This document shows, in pieces, positions 1-9,913 of a stretch of DNA of 64,000 nucleotides (its first letter is position 1; each line of letters begins with the position of its first letter). The notes beneath the pieces are model-generated. The model saw only the letters and a program-made list of their open reading frames with translations, ran no database searches and was not told the DNA's origin. This DNA comes from Candidatus Bathyarchaeota archaeon. GTDB lineage: Archaea; Thermoproteota; Bathyarchaeia; Bathyarchaeales; DTEX01. A program made the translations under genes and the position numbers. Location of the stretch: assembly GCA_018396995.1 (NCBI GenBank), contig JAGTQB010000002.1, positions 71,495-135,494 of the forward strand, given 5' to 3'.

Positions 1-132
1 ATGTAGACACTGCAAGCGTTTCATTTTTCCTGGTGTGAGTTCTCGGGTTCGCCTGCAATCTAGGAGAGAGCCACATATAGTTATTACATGCTTATATTGT
101 GGGAAGCATATGAGGAAGCCTTTAAGGAGGCG

Positions 133-417
133 ATGTTAGTGAGGGGAAGCTCGGTTAGAAGGAAGGGCGGGCATATGAAAGCTACTGTTCGAATAGGGAA
201 GAAGGGTGTTACTGAGACTCAGATAAGGGAAATATTTAAACAGCTTGAGGCTAGGAAAAGGGTTAAGGTTAAAGTCCTGAGATCTGCTCTGGTGGAAAGT
301 AGTGTGGAGGAGATTGCCCAGAAAGTGGCTTCTAAGACGGGCTCAAAAGTAGTTCAGATAATAGGGCATACATTTACGCTCTATAAACCAAAAAGAAAAA
401 TAAGCATTATTGAGTGA
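133..417 (+). CDS. YhbY/CRS1 (CRM-domain) RNA-binding protein
   Basis: ORF 88..417. The KATVRIGKKGVTETQIREI...VKVKVL pattern is typical of archaeal YhbY. The ATG at 133 follows AAGGAGG, so it is preferred over the frame-maximal start. Confidence 0.7.
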   Translation: MLVRGSSVRRKGGHMKATVRIGKKGVTETQIREIFKQLEARKRVKVKVLRSALVESSVEEIAQKVASKTGSKVVQIIGHTFTLYKPKRKISIIE

Positions 418-517
418 ATATAAAATGGATACATCGCCTCTAACTGGGTTAACTCAGCAAATAAATATTTAAGGCAGATCTTAAAATAGTGAAAGAGAAT
501 TATTGAGGGGGACGAAA

Positions 518-973
518 GTGCCGACACCATTTGATGTGCCTGCATCGATACTGATTGAAAGGTTAGCGAGGTATCTGAAGGATAATGTTGACGTTATAGA
601 GCCGCCGGAATGGGCAGCCTACGTGAAGACTGGCGTACACGCTGAGCGCGGCCCCCAGAACCCAGACTGGTGGTACACTAGGTGTGCCTCACTTCTAAGG
701 AAGATTTACATCCTAGGACCTATTGGTGTTGAGCGTCTCAGAGCAAAGTACGGCGGTAGAAAGAGTAAGGGTACTAGGCCGAAGCATGCTGCTAAGGGCA
801 GTAGCGCAATAATTAGAAAGGCTCTCCAGCAACTTGAGAAAGCTGGTCTCGTTCAAACGATTAAGGGGAAGGGTAGAGTAATAACTCCTGAGGGGAGAAG
901 GTTGTTAGATTCCCTTTCAGCAGATATTAAAAGGGAGCTTGAAAAAGTTATCCCAGCGCTAAGTAAGTATTAG
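518..973 (+). CDS. rps19e: 30S ribosomal protein eS19
   Basis: ORF 503..973. PTPFDVPASILIERLARYLK...PDWWYTRCASLLRKIY is the S19e signature. The GTG at 518 follows GAGGGGG. Confidence 0.9.
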   Translation: MPTPFDVPASILIERLARYLKDNVDVIEPPEWAAYVKTGVHAERGPQNPDWWYTRCASLLRKIYILGPIGVERLRAKYGGRKSKGTRPKHAAKGSSAIIRKALQQLEKAGLVQTIKGKGRVITPEGRRLLDSLSADIKRELEKVIPALSKY

Positions 974-987
974 TGGGGTGCATGTTG

Positions 988-1326
988 ATGAGTTTGGGCG
1001 AGGATGTGGAGCTTGAGGAGATAAGGAAACGAAGGCTCATGGAGCTGCAGCAGAGGCTCGCCCAAGAGCAGGAGGCTCTTGAGGCACAGAAGAGGGCTGA
1101 AATGCAGAGACAAGCCATTCTTAGGAAGATATTGACCCCAGAAGCCAGGCAGAGACTGGCCAATCTCAGGATGGTTAAACCTGAATTTGCCGCCCAGCTG
1201 GAGACTCAGCTAATTCAGCTTGTGCAGCGTGGTCTCCTACAAATCCCCATAGATGATGACCAATTAAAGGAGATTCTGAGGAGGATGCAGGCTGGTAAGA
1301 GGGAGATCCATATAAGGAGGATTTAG
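988..1326 (+). CDS. PDCD5/TFAR19-family DNA-binding protein
   Basis: ORF 973..1326. LEEIRKRRLMELQ...ILRKILTPEARQRLANLRMVKPEFA matches the family. Start is ambiguous (973 GTG, 982 or 988 ATG). Confidence 0.8.
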   Translation: MSLGEDVELEEIRKRRLMELQQRLAQEQEALEAQKRAEMQRQAILRKILTPEARQRLANLRMVKPEFAAQLETQLIQLVQRGLLQIPIDDDQLKEILRRMQAGKREIHIRRI

Positions 1327-1329
1327 GGT

Positions 1330-1482
1330 TTGGCTAGACATAAACCATTGGCTAAAAAGCTTAGATTAATAAGTGCTGAAAAAGAGAATAGGCCGATACC
1401 AGCGTGGGTTATAGCGAAGACCCTTGGCAAGATTACAAGATTGCCTAGAAGGCATTGGAGAAGAACTAAAATAAAGCCTTAA
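1330..1482 (+). CDS. rpl39e: 50S ribosomal protein eL39
   Basis: Absent from the ORF track (50 codons, TTG start). My translation is [50 protein letters not shown], the L39e signature. It sits in the conserved slot between the PDCD5-like gene and rpl31e. Confidence 0.85.
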   Translation: MARHKPLAKKLRLISAEKENRPIPAWVIAKTLGKITRLPRRHWRRTKIKP

Positions 1483-1491
1483 GGTGGTTAT

Positions 1492-1806
1492 ATGGTCGCT
1501 CTTAAGGAAGAAGTAAAAGAGGAGACCAAGAAAAGCGAGGATATCGTGGAGGAGCGTATTTACACAGTTCCTCTTGACAGAGCTTGGATCAGACCTAGAA
1601 CAAAGAGGGCTCCAAGAGCTATACGTCTCCTTAAAGCCTTTATAAGGAGACACATGAAGGTTAATGAAGAATCCATAAAAATATTGAATGAAGTTAATGA
1701 GAGGATTTGGAGTAGGGGGATCCAAAAGCCTCCCCGCAGAATAGTGGTGAGGGTTACAAAGGATAAGGAGGGCACCGTAACAGTTCATTTAGCCGAAGGA
1801 GGATAA
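1492..1806 (+). CDS. rpl31e: 50S ribosomal protein eL31
   Basis: ERIYTVPLDRAWIRPRTKRAPRAIRLLKAFIRRHMK is typical of L31e. Confidence 0.9.
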   Translation: MVALKEEVKEETKKSEDIVEERIYTVPLDRAWIRPRTKRAPRAIRLLKAFIRRHMKVNEESIKILNEVNERIWSRGIQKPPRRIVVRVTKDKEGTVTVHLAEGG

Positions 1807-1807
1807 T

Positions 1808-2491
1808 ATGCCGCTCTTCCTCCTAGATGCGTTTGGAAGCGCGAGCATAGGAGTCTTCATGCGCGTAACAGAGAAAATTGTTATTGTTCCAAACCAGTTT
1901 CCAGAGAGCATAGTGAAGAAGATTGAAAGCTGGTTTAAGCTGCCGGTCGTAAGGACAAATATAGGCGGCTCCGTCCTCATAGGCTCCCTCATATGCGCTA
2001 ATTCTTACGGCATTGTGCTACCACATTTTGTAAGGGAGGAGGAGCTTACAGCGATAAAGTCCCTGGGAGGAGATATTAATATAGCTATCATGGAAGAGAG
2101 CAAGAAAACAGCTTTTGGAAACCTTGTCTTGGCAAACGATTATGGTGCGATCGCTGACCCTCGGCTTAAGAGAAGCGAGATTAAAATTATATCTGATACC
2201 CTGGGGGTTGATGTTGCGCAGGGAGAGATAGCTGGACTGCCATACGTTGGGGCATTGGCAGTTGCGACAAACAAAGGGGTTTTAGCCCATCCACTACTTA
2301 AGCCGGAAGAAGAAAGAGTTTTAAGCGAGGTGTTAAAAGTTCAAGTTAATGTTGGTACAGTTAATTGTGGAATACCGTATGTGGGGACAGGTCTTGCTGG
2401 GAATACTCGGGTTGCGGTCGTGGGTTCCCTCACAACTGGTCCGGAGCTATTCATAATAGGTCAAGCTCTTAAGGTGGTTGGTGAGGAATGA
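1808..2491 (+). CDS. eif6: translation initiation factor 6 (aIF6)
   Basis: FGSASIGVFMRVTEKIVIVP plus repeated pentein-like segments; conserved position after rpl31e. Confidence 0.9.
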   Translation: MPLFLLDAFGSASIGVFMRVTEKIVIVPNQFPESIVKKIESWFKLPVVRTNIGGSVLIGSLICANSYGIVLPHFVREEELTAIKSLGGDINIAIMEESKKTAFGNLVLANDYGAIADPRLKRSEIKIISDTLGVDVAQGEIAGLPYVGALAVATNKGVLAHPLLKPEEERVLSEVLKVQVNVGTVNCGIPYVGTGLAGNTRVAVVGSLTTGPELFIIGQALKVVGEE

Positions 2492-2685
2492 GCGAGATTA
2501 AGACCTATATGGTGATTTGCAGGATAGATAAGCCAAACCTAAAAACAGTATTCAGAAAGGAAATTAGAGCATTAAGGCCAGAGCACGCTATTGAGGAAAT
2601 CTATAAGATCATCGGAAGCAAACATAGGGCTAAACGTTTCCAAATAAAGATTATGAAGGTTGAGGAGATCGCTGGGGAAAAATAG
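2488..2685 (+). CDS. rplX: 50S ribosomal protein LX (eL20 family)
   Basis: 65 aa with the motif EEIYKIIGSKHRAKRFQIKIMKVEEI; 4-nt overlap with eif6. Confidence 0.8.
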   Translation: MSEIKTYMVICRIDKPNLKTVFRKEIRALRPEHAIEEIYKIIGSKHRAKRFQIKIMKVEEIAGEK

Positions 2686-2737
2686 AAGAACTAATATAGG
2701 CTTAAAGGGTTTAATAGTGTTTTAGGGTGTCCTTTTT

Positions 2738-3181
2738 ATGTCGACGCAGTCTGAAGATGTTGAAGAGGAGCTTAGGCGACTAATAGTTGAGCTTAGGCTC
2801 CTAGAGAACACAGCTGAACAGATACAGACCAGGTTAAACCTCGTTAATGCAGCTCTAACCGAGCTAGATTTGGCAAGTAAGGCGCTTGAGGGAATAGAGA
2901 ATAAGAGTTCTGACCACATTTTTGTCCCAATAGGTGGTGGATCGTACATTAAGGCTAGACTTGAAGATACGGATAAAGTTGTGTATGGGATAGGCGCGGG
3001 AATAGCTATTGAGAAGCCGCTTAAGGAGGCTAAGGAGGACATAGCAAATAGAATATCGGAGTTAAGTAGGGCCAAGGTAGCGCTAGAGCAGCAACTAAGC
3101 CAGGTTTTAGCTAGAATGCAGGAAGGACGAAACAGACTACAAGAATTAACCTCTATGTTCAGGAGAGCAGAGATGAAGTAA
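2738..3181 (+). CDS. pfdA: prefoldin alpha subunit
   Basis: Coiled coil, then beta-hairpin core (VPIGGGSYIKARLEDTDKVVYGIGAGIAIEK), then coiled coil. Confidence 0.85.
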   Translation: MSTQSEDVEEELRRLIVELRLLENTAEQIQTRLNLVNAALTELDLASKALEGIENKSSDHIFVPIGGGSYIKARLEDTDKVVYGIGAGIAIEKPLKEAKEDIANRISELSRAKVALEQQLSQVLARMQEGRNRLQELTSMFRRAEMK

Positions 3182-3183
3182 TA

Positions 3184-4089
3184 ATGTTTGAGAAGCTGCG
3201 CGGAGTACTAAGCGGATTTATAGAGAAGCTCTCTGTAAATGAGCTCAAACCGGAGAAAATTCAGGAGATACTTTGGGAGCTGAAGCTAACGCTTATAGAG
3301 AATGATGTTGCCCTCATCGTCGCTGACCATATATGTGATGAAGTAGAGAAAAAGGTTTCCGGGCTAAAGGTTGGCAGATTTGAAGATAAGCGCAAAGTAG
3401 TCAAAGAGATATTAAGGAAGATACTTTTAGATTTACTTGATACTCCGGATAAAGTAGATATATTTAATGTTATTGAGAGAAAGCGTAGCCTGAGAGAGCC
3501 ATGTATAATTGTTTTTGTTGGGGTGAATGGTTCTGGGAAAACTACAACTATAGCTAAGATAGCGAATTTACTTCTTAAGAGGGACTACTCAATCCTATTA
3601 GCCTGTAGTGATACGTTTAGGGCTGGAGCTATAGAGCAACTTGAGCAGCATGCCAAGAGGCTTGGTGTTCCAATGATAAAGCATAAATATGGCTCAGACC
3701 CCGCTGCAGTAGCCTACGATGCTGTCCAATATGCGAGGGCAAAAGGAATAAACGTTATCCTCGTGGACACTGCTGGAAGGATGCAAACAAATAAGAATCT
3801 TATGGCCGAAATGGAGAAGATCGTACGCGTTATTAAGCCTGATATGGTGATATTTGTCGGCGATGCCCTCACAGGAAACGATGCCGTTATGCAAGCTGAG
3901 GAATTTAATAGGTATGTGAATATAACTGGGTCAATATTAACCAAAATGGATGCCGACGCTAAAGGTGGTGCAGCCATATCAATAGCCTATATAACTAAGA
4001 AACCAATACTGTTTCTCGGGGTTGGACAAAGATATGAGGATATAGAAGTTTTTAGACCAGAAATCATTGTAAATAACATATTAGACTAA
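3184..4089 (+). CDS. ftsY: signal recognition particle receptor FtsY
   Basis: SRP GTPase motifs GVNGSGKTTT, DTAGR and TKMDADAKGG. Confidence 0.9.
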   Translation: MFEKLRGVLSGFIEKLSVNELKPEKIQEILWELKLTLIENDVALIVADHICDEVEKKVSGLKVGRFEDKRKVVKEILRKILLDLLDTPDKVDIFNVIERKRSLREPCIIVFVGVNGSGKTTTIAKIANLLLKRDYSILLACSDTFRAGAIEQLEQHAKRLGVPMIKHKYGSDPAAVAYDAVQYARAKGINVILVDTAGRMQTNKNLMAEMEKIVRVIKPDMVIFVGDALTGNDAVMQAEEFNRYVNITGSILTKMDADAKGGAAISIAYITKKPILFLGVGQRYEDIEVFRPEIIVNNILD

Positions 4090-4332
4090 AAATTTCACCT
4101 TTCTTCTAAGGGAGGAAGGGAGTGCTCGGTCAGATGAGTAACTCTCGGTCATAGGCTTATTGTCCCTTGACTCTTCCTACATCATCCCAAGAAATAGAAG
4201 GTGACGTAAATCTATTTAAGTTTATGCTGCCATTTGGCCCTGAAAATTGTGTTATAGTAATATTATGGAAATAAATTTCCGGCTAAATATTGCATGGTTA
4301 AATTTTTACCTGAATTAAAGAAAATTTAGGTT

Positions 4333-4821
4333 GTGAAAGATTATCTTGCAGAGCGGACTTTAATGTGCTCCCAAGAGGGAAAATCATTAAGGAAGAAGGT
4401 TGAAGAAGAGTTTGAGGAGAGCATTGGCATAAATAAGCTTATTGATACTCTTTTGAAGAGCTTTCTGAAGAGTGATAGTGCCTATGGCCTAATAACTGAC
4501 ATAAAAGCTGACATAGACGATGTTTTCAGAATGGTAAAGGAGGCTATTTCCGGCAAGGGGCTCGATATATATGCGCTTAAAATAAGGAATGAAATCTATC
4601 TGTCAAAGGCTATTGAACAATTCAATAAGTTATATGAGGTTGTAAGGAAGAGATCGCTGTTAAGAGCGAAGAAAGGCTTAATGGAGATATGGGACGACTG
4701 TGAGAGCAGGATATTACATTTCCTTATCCCATCTTTGAGGAGACATCTCCCAATAGAGTATAAAGATGATCATGAGAAGAAGGAGATCATTGAAGCCCTT
4801 CTAAAAAGTTATGTTGATTAA
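4333..4821 (+). CDS. hypothetical protein (helical)
   Basis: 162-aa ORF with a GTG start. I recognise no motif. Confidence 0.4.
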   Translation: MKDYLAERTLMCSQEGKSLRKKVEEEFEESIGINKLIDTLLKSFLKSDSAYGLITDIKADIDDVFRMVKEAISGKGLDIYALKIRNEIYLSKAIEQFNKLYEVVRKRSLLRAKKGLMEIWDDCESRILHFLIPSLRRHLPIEYKDDHEKKEIIEALLKSYVD

Positions 4822-4826
4822 ATAGC

Positions 4827-5264
4827 TTATCTCCTAGGTTTCTCCTTCTTACCAGTGATGAGGTCTTGAAGAGCTATTCCATTAACCGTAACGACCTTCC
4901 ACCTAACTCCAGGTATGTCTCCCATTGAACGGCCCCTTGAGCCTCCTATACCAGCAATGATAACTTCGTCATGCTCGTCGACAACGTTTAATGCTCCATC
5001 GCCCGGAAGGAAAGCTGTCACAACTTTTCCATTCTTTATAAGTTGGACTCTAACACATTTCCTTATGGCGCTGTTAGGCTGCTTACTCTCCCTTCCAACC
5101 TTCTCTAAAACTATTCCACGGGCCATTGGGGCGCCCTCAAGAGGATCCGCTTTTACATCTAGCATGAGCATCCTCCTTTTATAGTATCTATCCTTCCAGC
5201 GGAGCTTCTTCCTTCTCAACATGAGCTTTCTTGCGGCAAATTCCCCTCGGGGCTTTTTGGCCAT
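4827..5264 (-). CDS. rps12: 30S ribosomal protein uS12
   Basis: [30 protein letters not shown] is the S12 signature. Confidence 0.95.
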   Translation of the reverse strand: MAKKPRGEFAARKLMLRRKKLRWKDRYYKRRMLMLDVKADPLEGAPMARGIVLEKVGRESKQPNSAIRKCVRVQLIKNGKVVTAFLPGDGALNVVDEHDEVIIAGIGGSRGRSMGDIPGVRWKVVTVNGIALQDLITGKKEKPRR

Positions 5265-5329
5265 CTTCTTAACCCCACACCCCTAACATTGCCAAATATT
5301 TCTATATTATAAGTGTTTCGTTTAAAAGT

Positions 5330-5776
5330 TTAAACTATTAGAACATTGCTTATATTGAAGTATCGTTTCGCCAGGGTTCTTGCCTTCTCAATATTCCGCC
5401 CATTCTTTCCTATAGCAATGCCCTTATCCTTAATGTCAACTGAGACGACGGCTATCATGTTTCCATCAGGCTTCTTAGTTATCCTAATCTCCTTAACGTT
5501 TGCTGGCTTCAACGCATTCTTTATAAATTGTATCGGATCCTCGGAGAATTCTACAACCTCATAGTTCTTTCCAGTTATCTTTCTGAGTAGAGATATGTTT
5601 CTACCACCCTTACCTATTGCCATTCCAGCCTCCCCCTCTTTAATCACAAAGATCACTCTATCGAATTTATTATCTATTATGCAGTCTCTGGCGGTAGCAC
5701 CAGTTACACTTTCAAAGAGGCGTATATACTCCAACTCTTCGTTAGTTAGGCGTATACCTCTAGACATTTCCACCAC
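5330..5776 (-). CDS. nusA: NusA-like transcription factor (two KH domains)
   Basis: Two GKGGRNI/GKNGRNI KH motifs; conserved position between rpl30e and rps12. Confidence 0.9.
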   Translation of the reverse strand: MVEMSRGIRLTNEELEYIRLFESVTGATARDCIIDNKFDRVIFVIKEGEAGMAIGKGGRNISLLRKITGKNYEVVEFSEDPIQFIKNALKPANVKEIRITKKPDGNMIAVVSVDIKDKGIAIGKNGRNIEKARTLAKRYFNISNVLIV

Positions 5777-6086
5777 CTACAAGCTCAAGTATATTTGAAT
5801 CGCCTGGATCCCTGATTGTGAGAGCGGAAACCACAAAGGGTTTTCCGCACGTAAAACCCAGATCTAAGCTAGAGCCGGGATATACGAGTAATGGAATATT
5901 GGATAATTTACAGTACTGTTCAATTTTTTCCCGTATATCTTGTGGGCAGTTTGATGCAATTACTATCATCTTGGCTCTCCCAGTTAGGGCGCTCTTTATA
6001 GCCGTATTTGAACCAAATAAAACTTTCCCACTTTTAATGGTTATGTTAAGAGCCTTATCTATTTCACTCTTACTAATTTTACTCAA
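5760..6086 (-). CDS. rpl30e: 50S ribosomal protein eL30
   Basis: L7Ae/L30e fold pattern KSGKVLFGSNTAIKS...MIVIASNCP; follows rpoA. Confidence 0.9.
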   Translation of the reverse strand: MSKISKSEIDKALNITIKSGKVLFGSNTAIKSALTGRAKMIVIASNCPQDIREKIEQYCKLSNIPLLVYPGSSLDLGFTCGKPFVVSALTIRDPGDSNILELVGGGNV

Positions 6087-9000
6087 CTTTTTCGCTCACC
6101 TCACCCATTAATGGGGCTGTCATATAAACTTCTACTAATCCAGTACCAACTGGTATTGTTTGGCCTACAATGACATTTTCAGTTACACCTTTAAGTGGGT
6201 CAATCTCGCCCCTAACCGCAGCCTCAACAATATTTGGGACTGTTATCTCGAAAGCCGCTCTAGCTAGAACGCTTGGCTTCTCACCACTAACCCCATGGCG
6301 GCCTATCTGCCTAACCGCGCCAGTTGCTGTCATCACATCTGCTACAAGCATTATATGTCTGATATCCACGTCAAGTCCCTGTTCCTGCAATACACCAATA
6401 GCCTCCTCAACGATAGCGTTTCTAGCAGCCTCTATACCTAATGTCTTCTCTATCTCATGAATATTATTTGTTGTTGTCCTCGTTGGGTCAACTCCAACAA
6501 CCTCAAGAACCTTAGATAGCTTTGATCCATCAGTCCTTATAATCCACTCACCCTTCTCCTCGGTCACATACACCCTCTTTATTCCGGGTATGCCCTTCAC
6601 ATGATAAGCCATAACCTTACTTATCAGCTTTTTTGTATCCATCTTCTTCTTAGGTTCAACAATCATCATTTTTCCCTCAAACTTTACTGAACAGTTTGAA
6701 ATGTTAACTGTCTCGCTCAAATACTCTAAGGTTATGCCCCGCTCTTTCATGCTCCGCTCACTTAACCTTATTATAAGACTACCAGTCTCCGGGTCTACAT
6801 AAGTCTCCTCAGAAATATCCTCAATTGTAGTATATAGGATTCTCTGGGCAACCTCAGTTGCCTTCTCCCGGCTCTTTCTATGCTCCTCATCGAGATAAAT
6901 TGTCATGATCGGAGTTGACGGCTCCCTTCTGGCATCAACTATCTCTATTAGGCGGGGTAGGCCTAACGTTACATTCTGCTCCCTAACGCCAGCATAGTGA
7001 AAGGTTCTAAGGGTCATTTGGGTACCTGGCTCGCCAATAGACTGAGCGGCTACAACGCCGACCGCTTCGCCGGGCTCAACAAGCGCCTTCTTATAGCGCT
7101 CTACAGCTAACTTAATGGCTAAATTAACTCCCTCTTTACTTAAGCCTGATGCTGAGAGCCCCTCGATGAGCTCCTGTGCGAGGAGCTGTGTGATTTCACT
7201 CCTAACACTATTCACCTGCTGCTCAATATACTCTTTAGGGGCTGGCTCTCCAGCTTCAACCATAAGCTTAACCTGCTCGATAAGCCTGCTCACGTTAACG
7301 GCCTTTCCATGGTCGCTCTTAGAGGGATCGACGCCATCTTCACCGTAAATGAATTGAATTATTTCGCCCAATGGGTTCCTTACGGTTCCATCATATTCTA
7401 CACGCAAGTGCTCTAATGCATTAATCAATCTTCTCTGCATGTATCCGCTCTGTTGTGTTCTTACGGCCGTATCCACCAGCCCCTCACGCCCACCCATAGC
7501 GTGGAAGAAGAACTCTATTGGGTCTAGACCGTCTCTATAAGAGGAGTATACAAAGCCTCTGGCCTTAGGTGATGGGTCTCCAAGATTAAAGTGTGGTAGG
7601 GCTCTCTCCATATATCCACGTATAATTCGCTTACCTCTAACAGACTGTTGCCCAAGCATGGCGGTCATCTGACCTATATTTAGAGTTGTCCCTCTGGCGC
7701 CAGTCTTAGTCATAACTATCCCCGAGTTTTCTATACTTAGATCTGCTTCAGCAACTTTTCCAGCCTTTTCACGCGCCTCGGCAAGTTCATTCATCACATA
7801 GAGTTCAAAGGAATCCTCAAGGGTTTGTCCAGGAAGTCTCTCTAAAGTTCCCTCATGTAACGCCCTGACTAGCAACTCTATCCTTTTCTCAGAATCCTTT
7901 ATTATTTGACGTATCTTTTTCTTGGCTTCAGCCGATAAGTCTAATTCGTCAAGAGAATACGTAAAACCGCGCATAGTTATAAATCTATTAAGGAGGCGGC
8001 AGATCTGATTAAGGAACTTCCTACCTGCTTCAGTTCCATAATCCTTTATTATCCTATGCAGAACGCTTTCAGATTTTTCTGCACCAATTGAGTTTTTATC
8101 GATTACACCCTTAACTAAAATACCATTCTTAATAACTACATAAGCATCGTAAGGACAATCCTCCTTCAAGCAAACCTCACAATTCCTGCAGATGCTTGCC
8201 TTAATGGCGTAGTTAAAGTCTTTTGGCAGGAATATACTGAATATTTGTTTTCCAGTCCATAGTGGCTCAGGCTCCTTGATTGCTGGCTCCGGTAGCGAAC
8301 CCTCATAACCAGCCGCGGCGAGTAATTCGCAGACTTCCTTCTTATTTAAAAGTGTATCTTTCTTAGTTAGGAGGTAGGATGCTGTAATGAAATCTCTTAT
8401 TGCGCCTATTATTGGCCCACCAAACCTTGGTGAGAGTATATGGTCCTGAACTTGCATTAAGAGGCGGGCCTCGGTCTGAGCCTCCTCACTCTGCGGGACG
8501 TGGAGATTCATCTCGTCCCCGTCAAAGTCCGCGTTGTATGGTGGGCAGACACATAGGTGGAGCCTGAAAGTTTTGCCGGGAAGCACCTTAACATAGTGAG
8601 CCATTATAGACATTCTATGGAGGGACGGTTGCCTATTAAATATGACTATATCCCCGTCTTGGAGATGCCTCTCAACTATAAAGCCAGGCTCAAGAGCGTC
8701 GGCAAGCTTACTTCTATCACTAACGAATTCAAGCCTGATGCGCTTTCCATCAGGCCTAATGATATATTGTGCCCCTGGATAAACGTTCGGCCCGTTTCTC
8801 ACGAACTGGCGGAGTCTCTCAATGTTCCACGGGGTAACCTTCTCGGGGACAGTTAGCCTCATTGCAATGCTTATTGGCACACCAACCTCATTTATGTCCA
8901 GGTTTGAGTCGGGGCTTATAACCGTACGCGCTGAAAAGTCAACCCTCTTGCCAGAAAGGTTCCCTCTAAATCTACCTTCCTTTCCCTTCAGGCGCTGAGA

Positions 9001-9912
9001 TAAAGTCTTTAGTGCTCTTCCAGAGCGGTGCTTTGATGGTGGTATACCAGAAGCCTCATTATTAAAATATGTTGTAACGTGGTATTCTAGGAGCTCCGCT
9101 AAGTCTTGTATTATTAATGTGGGTGCCCCAGCCTCAATATTCTCCTTAAGCCTCTGATTTATCCTTATTATATCGACAAGCTTATGTGTTAAGTCGTCTT
9201 CCGACCTTATTCCCGATTCAAGGGTTATTGATGGCCTAACATATACTGGTGGGACTGGCAGCACTTGTATAATCATCCACTCTGGGCGGGCATTTTTTGG
9301 ATCGAAGCCCAACAGCTCAAGATCCTCATCAGGAATCCTCTCAAACCTCTCCCTTATCATGCTTGCATTTAAGCGCTGTGACCCACCCTCCTCCGTATAC
9401 TCGTGAAAGATTATTGGCTTAGTAAATTCTATTTTATATTGCTTTGCACCGCACCATGGGCACTCCCGATTCCTTTTAGCCTCCTCAAAAACCCTATCAT
9501 AAAATGATGCTGGTACACTTCCAAGAATCTTTTTGAGCCTTTCCATCCTAGCCCTAAGAGACTTTACTGTTTTCTCTGGGAGGAGAATGCGCCCGCAGTT
9601 CCTACATATTGCCTGTAGGAGGTTATAAATTATTTCAGCAAATTCCACATGAATTACTGGTACAGCAAGTTCTATGTGGCCGAAGTGGCCTGGGCAGTTA
9701 ACCGAGGTGTTACCGCACGTTTTACACCTTTGCCCGGGTTCTAGGACGCCTAGACGGCTGTCCATTAGGCCGGAGGGGATTGCCGCGCCATCCTCATCAT
9801 AGGTGTCGGCCGTCTGAATCTCTGTGACTGACATCTTCCTTATTTCTTGAGGCGATAGAATACCGAACTTGATGTGATCTATTGCCTTATATATTTCTTC
9901 AGCTAACGCCAT
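6079..9912 (-). CDS. rpoA: DNA-directed RNA polymerase subunit A, unsplit (A' and A'' fused)
   Basis: Single 1277-aa ORF. It contains the N-terminal Zn motifs, the NADFDGDEM active site and, in the same frame, the A''-type trigger-loop region (VAAQSIGEPGTQMTLRTFHYAGV). Confidence 0.95.
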   Translation of the reverse strand: MALAEEIYKAIDHIKFGILSPQEIRKMSVTEIQTADTYDEDGAAIPSGLMDSRLGVLEPGQRCKTCGNTSVNCPGHFGHIELAVPVIHVEFAEIIYNLLQAICRNCGRILLPEKTVKSLRARMERLKKILGSVPASFYDRVFEEAKRNRECPWCGAKQYKIEFTKPIIFHEYTEEGGSQRLNASMIRERFERIPDEDLELLGFDPKNARPEWMIIQVLPVPPVYVRPSITLESGIRSEDDLTHKLVDIIRINQRLKENIEAGAPTLIIQDLAELLEYHVTTYFNNEASGIPPSKHRSGRALKTLSQRLKGKEGRFRGNLSGKRVDFSARTVISPDSNLDINEVGVPISIAMRLTVPEKVTPWNIERLRQFVRNGPNVYPGAQYIIRPDGKRIRLEFVSDRSKLADALEPGFIVERHLQDGDIVIFNRQPSLHRMSIMAHYVKVLPGKTFRLHLCVCPPYNADFDGDEMNLHVPQSEEAQTEARLLMQVQDHILSPRFGGPIIGAIRDFITASYLLTKKDTLLNKKEVCELLAAAGYEGSLPEPAIKEPEPLWTGKQIFSIFLPKDFNYAIKASICRNCEVCLKEDCPYDAYVVIKNGILVKGVIDKNSIGAEKSESVLHRIIKDYGTEAGRKFLNQICRLLNRFITMRGFTYSLDELDLSAEAKKKIRQIIKDSEKRIELLVRALHEGTLERLPGQTLEDSFELYVMNELAEAREKAGKVAEADLSIENSGIVMTKTGARGTTLNIGQMTAMLGQQSVRGKRIIRGYMERALPHFNLGDPSPKARGFVYSSYRDGLDPIEFFFHAMGGREGLVDTAVRTQQSGYMQRRLINALEHLRVEYDGTVRNPLGEIIQFIYGEDGVDPSKSDHGKAVNVSRLIEQVKLMVEAGEPAPKEYIEQQVNSVRSEITQLLAQELIEGLSASGLSKEGVNLAIKLAVERYKKALVEPGEAVGVVAAQSIGEPGTQMTLRTFHYAGVREQNVTLGLPRLIEIVDARREPSTPIMTIYLDEEHRKSREKATEVAQRILYTTIEDISEETYVDPETGSLIIRLSERSMKERGITLEYLSETVNISNCSVKFEGKMMIVEPKKKMDTKKLISKVMAYHVKGIPGIKRVYVTEEKGEWIIRTDGSKLSKVLEVVGVDPTRTTTNNIHEIEKTLGIEAARNAIVEEAIGVLQEQGLDVDIRHIMLVADVMTATGAVRQIGRHGVSGEKPSVLARAAFEITVPNIVEAAVRGEIDPLKGVTENVIVGQTIPVGTGLVEVYMTAPLMGEVSEKVE

Positions 9913-9913
9913 T

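Noticed and set aside
1-24. Possible start of a minus-strand gene running off the left edge (AGGAaaaATGaaacgc... read on the minus strand)
   Set aside because: Only 8 codons are inside the window, so it cannot be supported.
4090-4332. Possible ncRNA (C/D-box sRNA or SRP RNA) in the 243-nt gap after ftsY; GGGAGGAAGGGAG...CTCTTCCT can pair
   Set aside because: There are no proper C (RUGAUGA) or D (CUGA) boxes, it is too AT-rich and short for 7S RNA, and the pairing is weak. This is not enough to call a gene.
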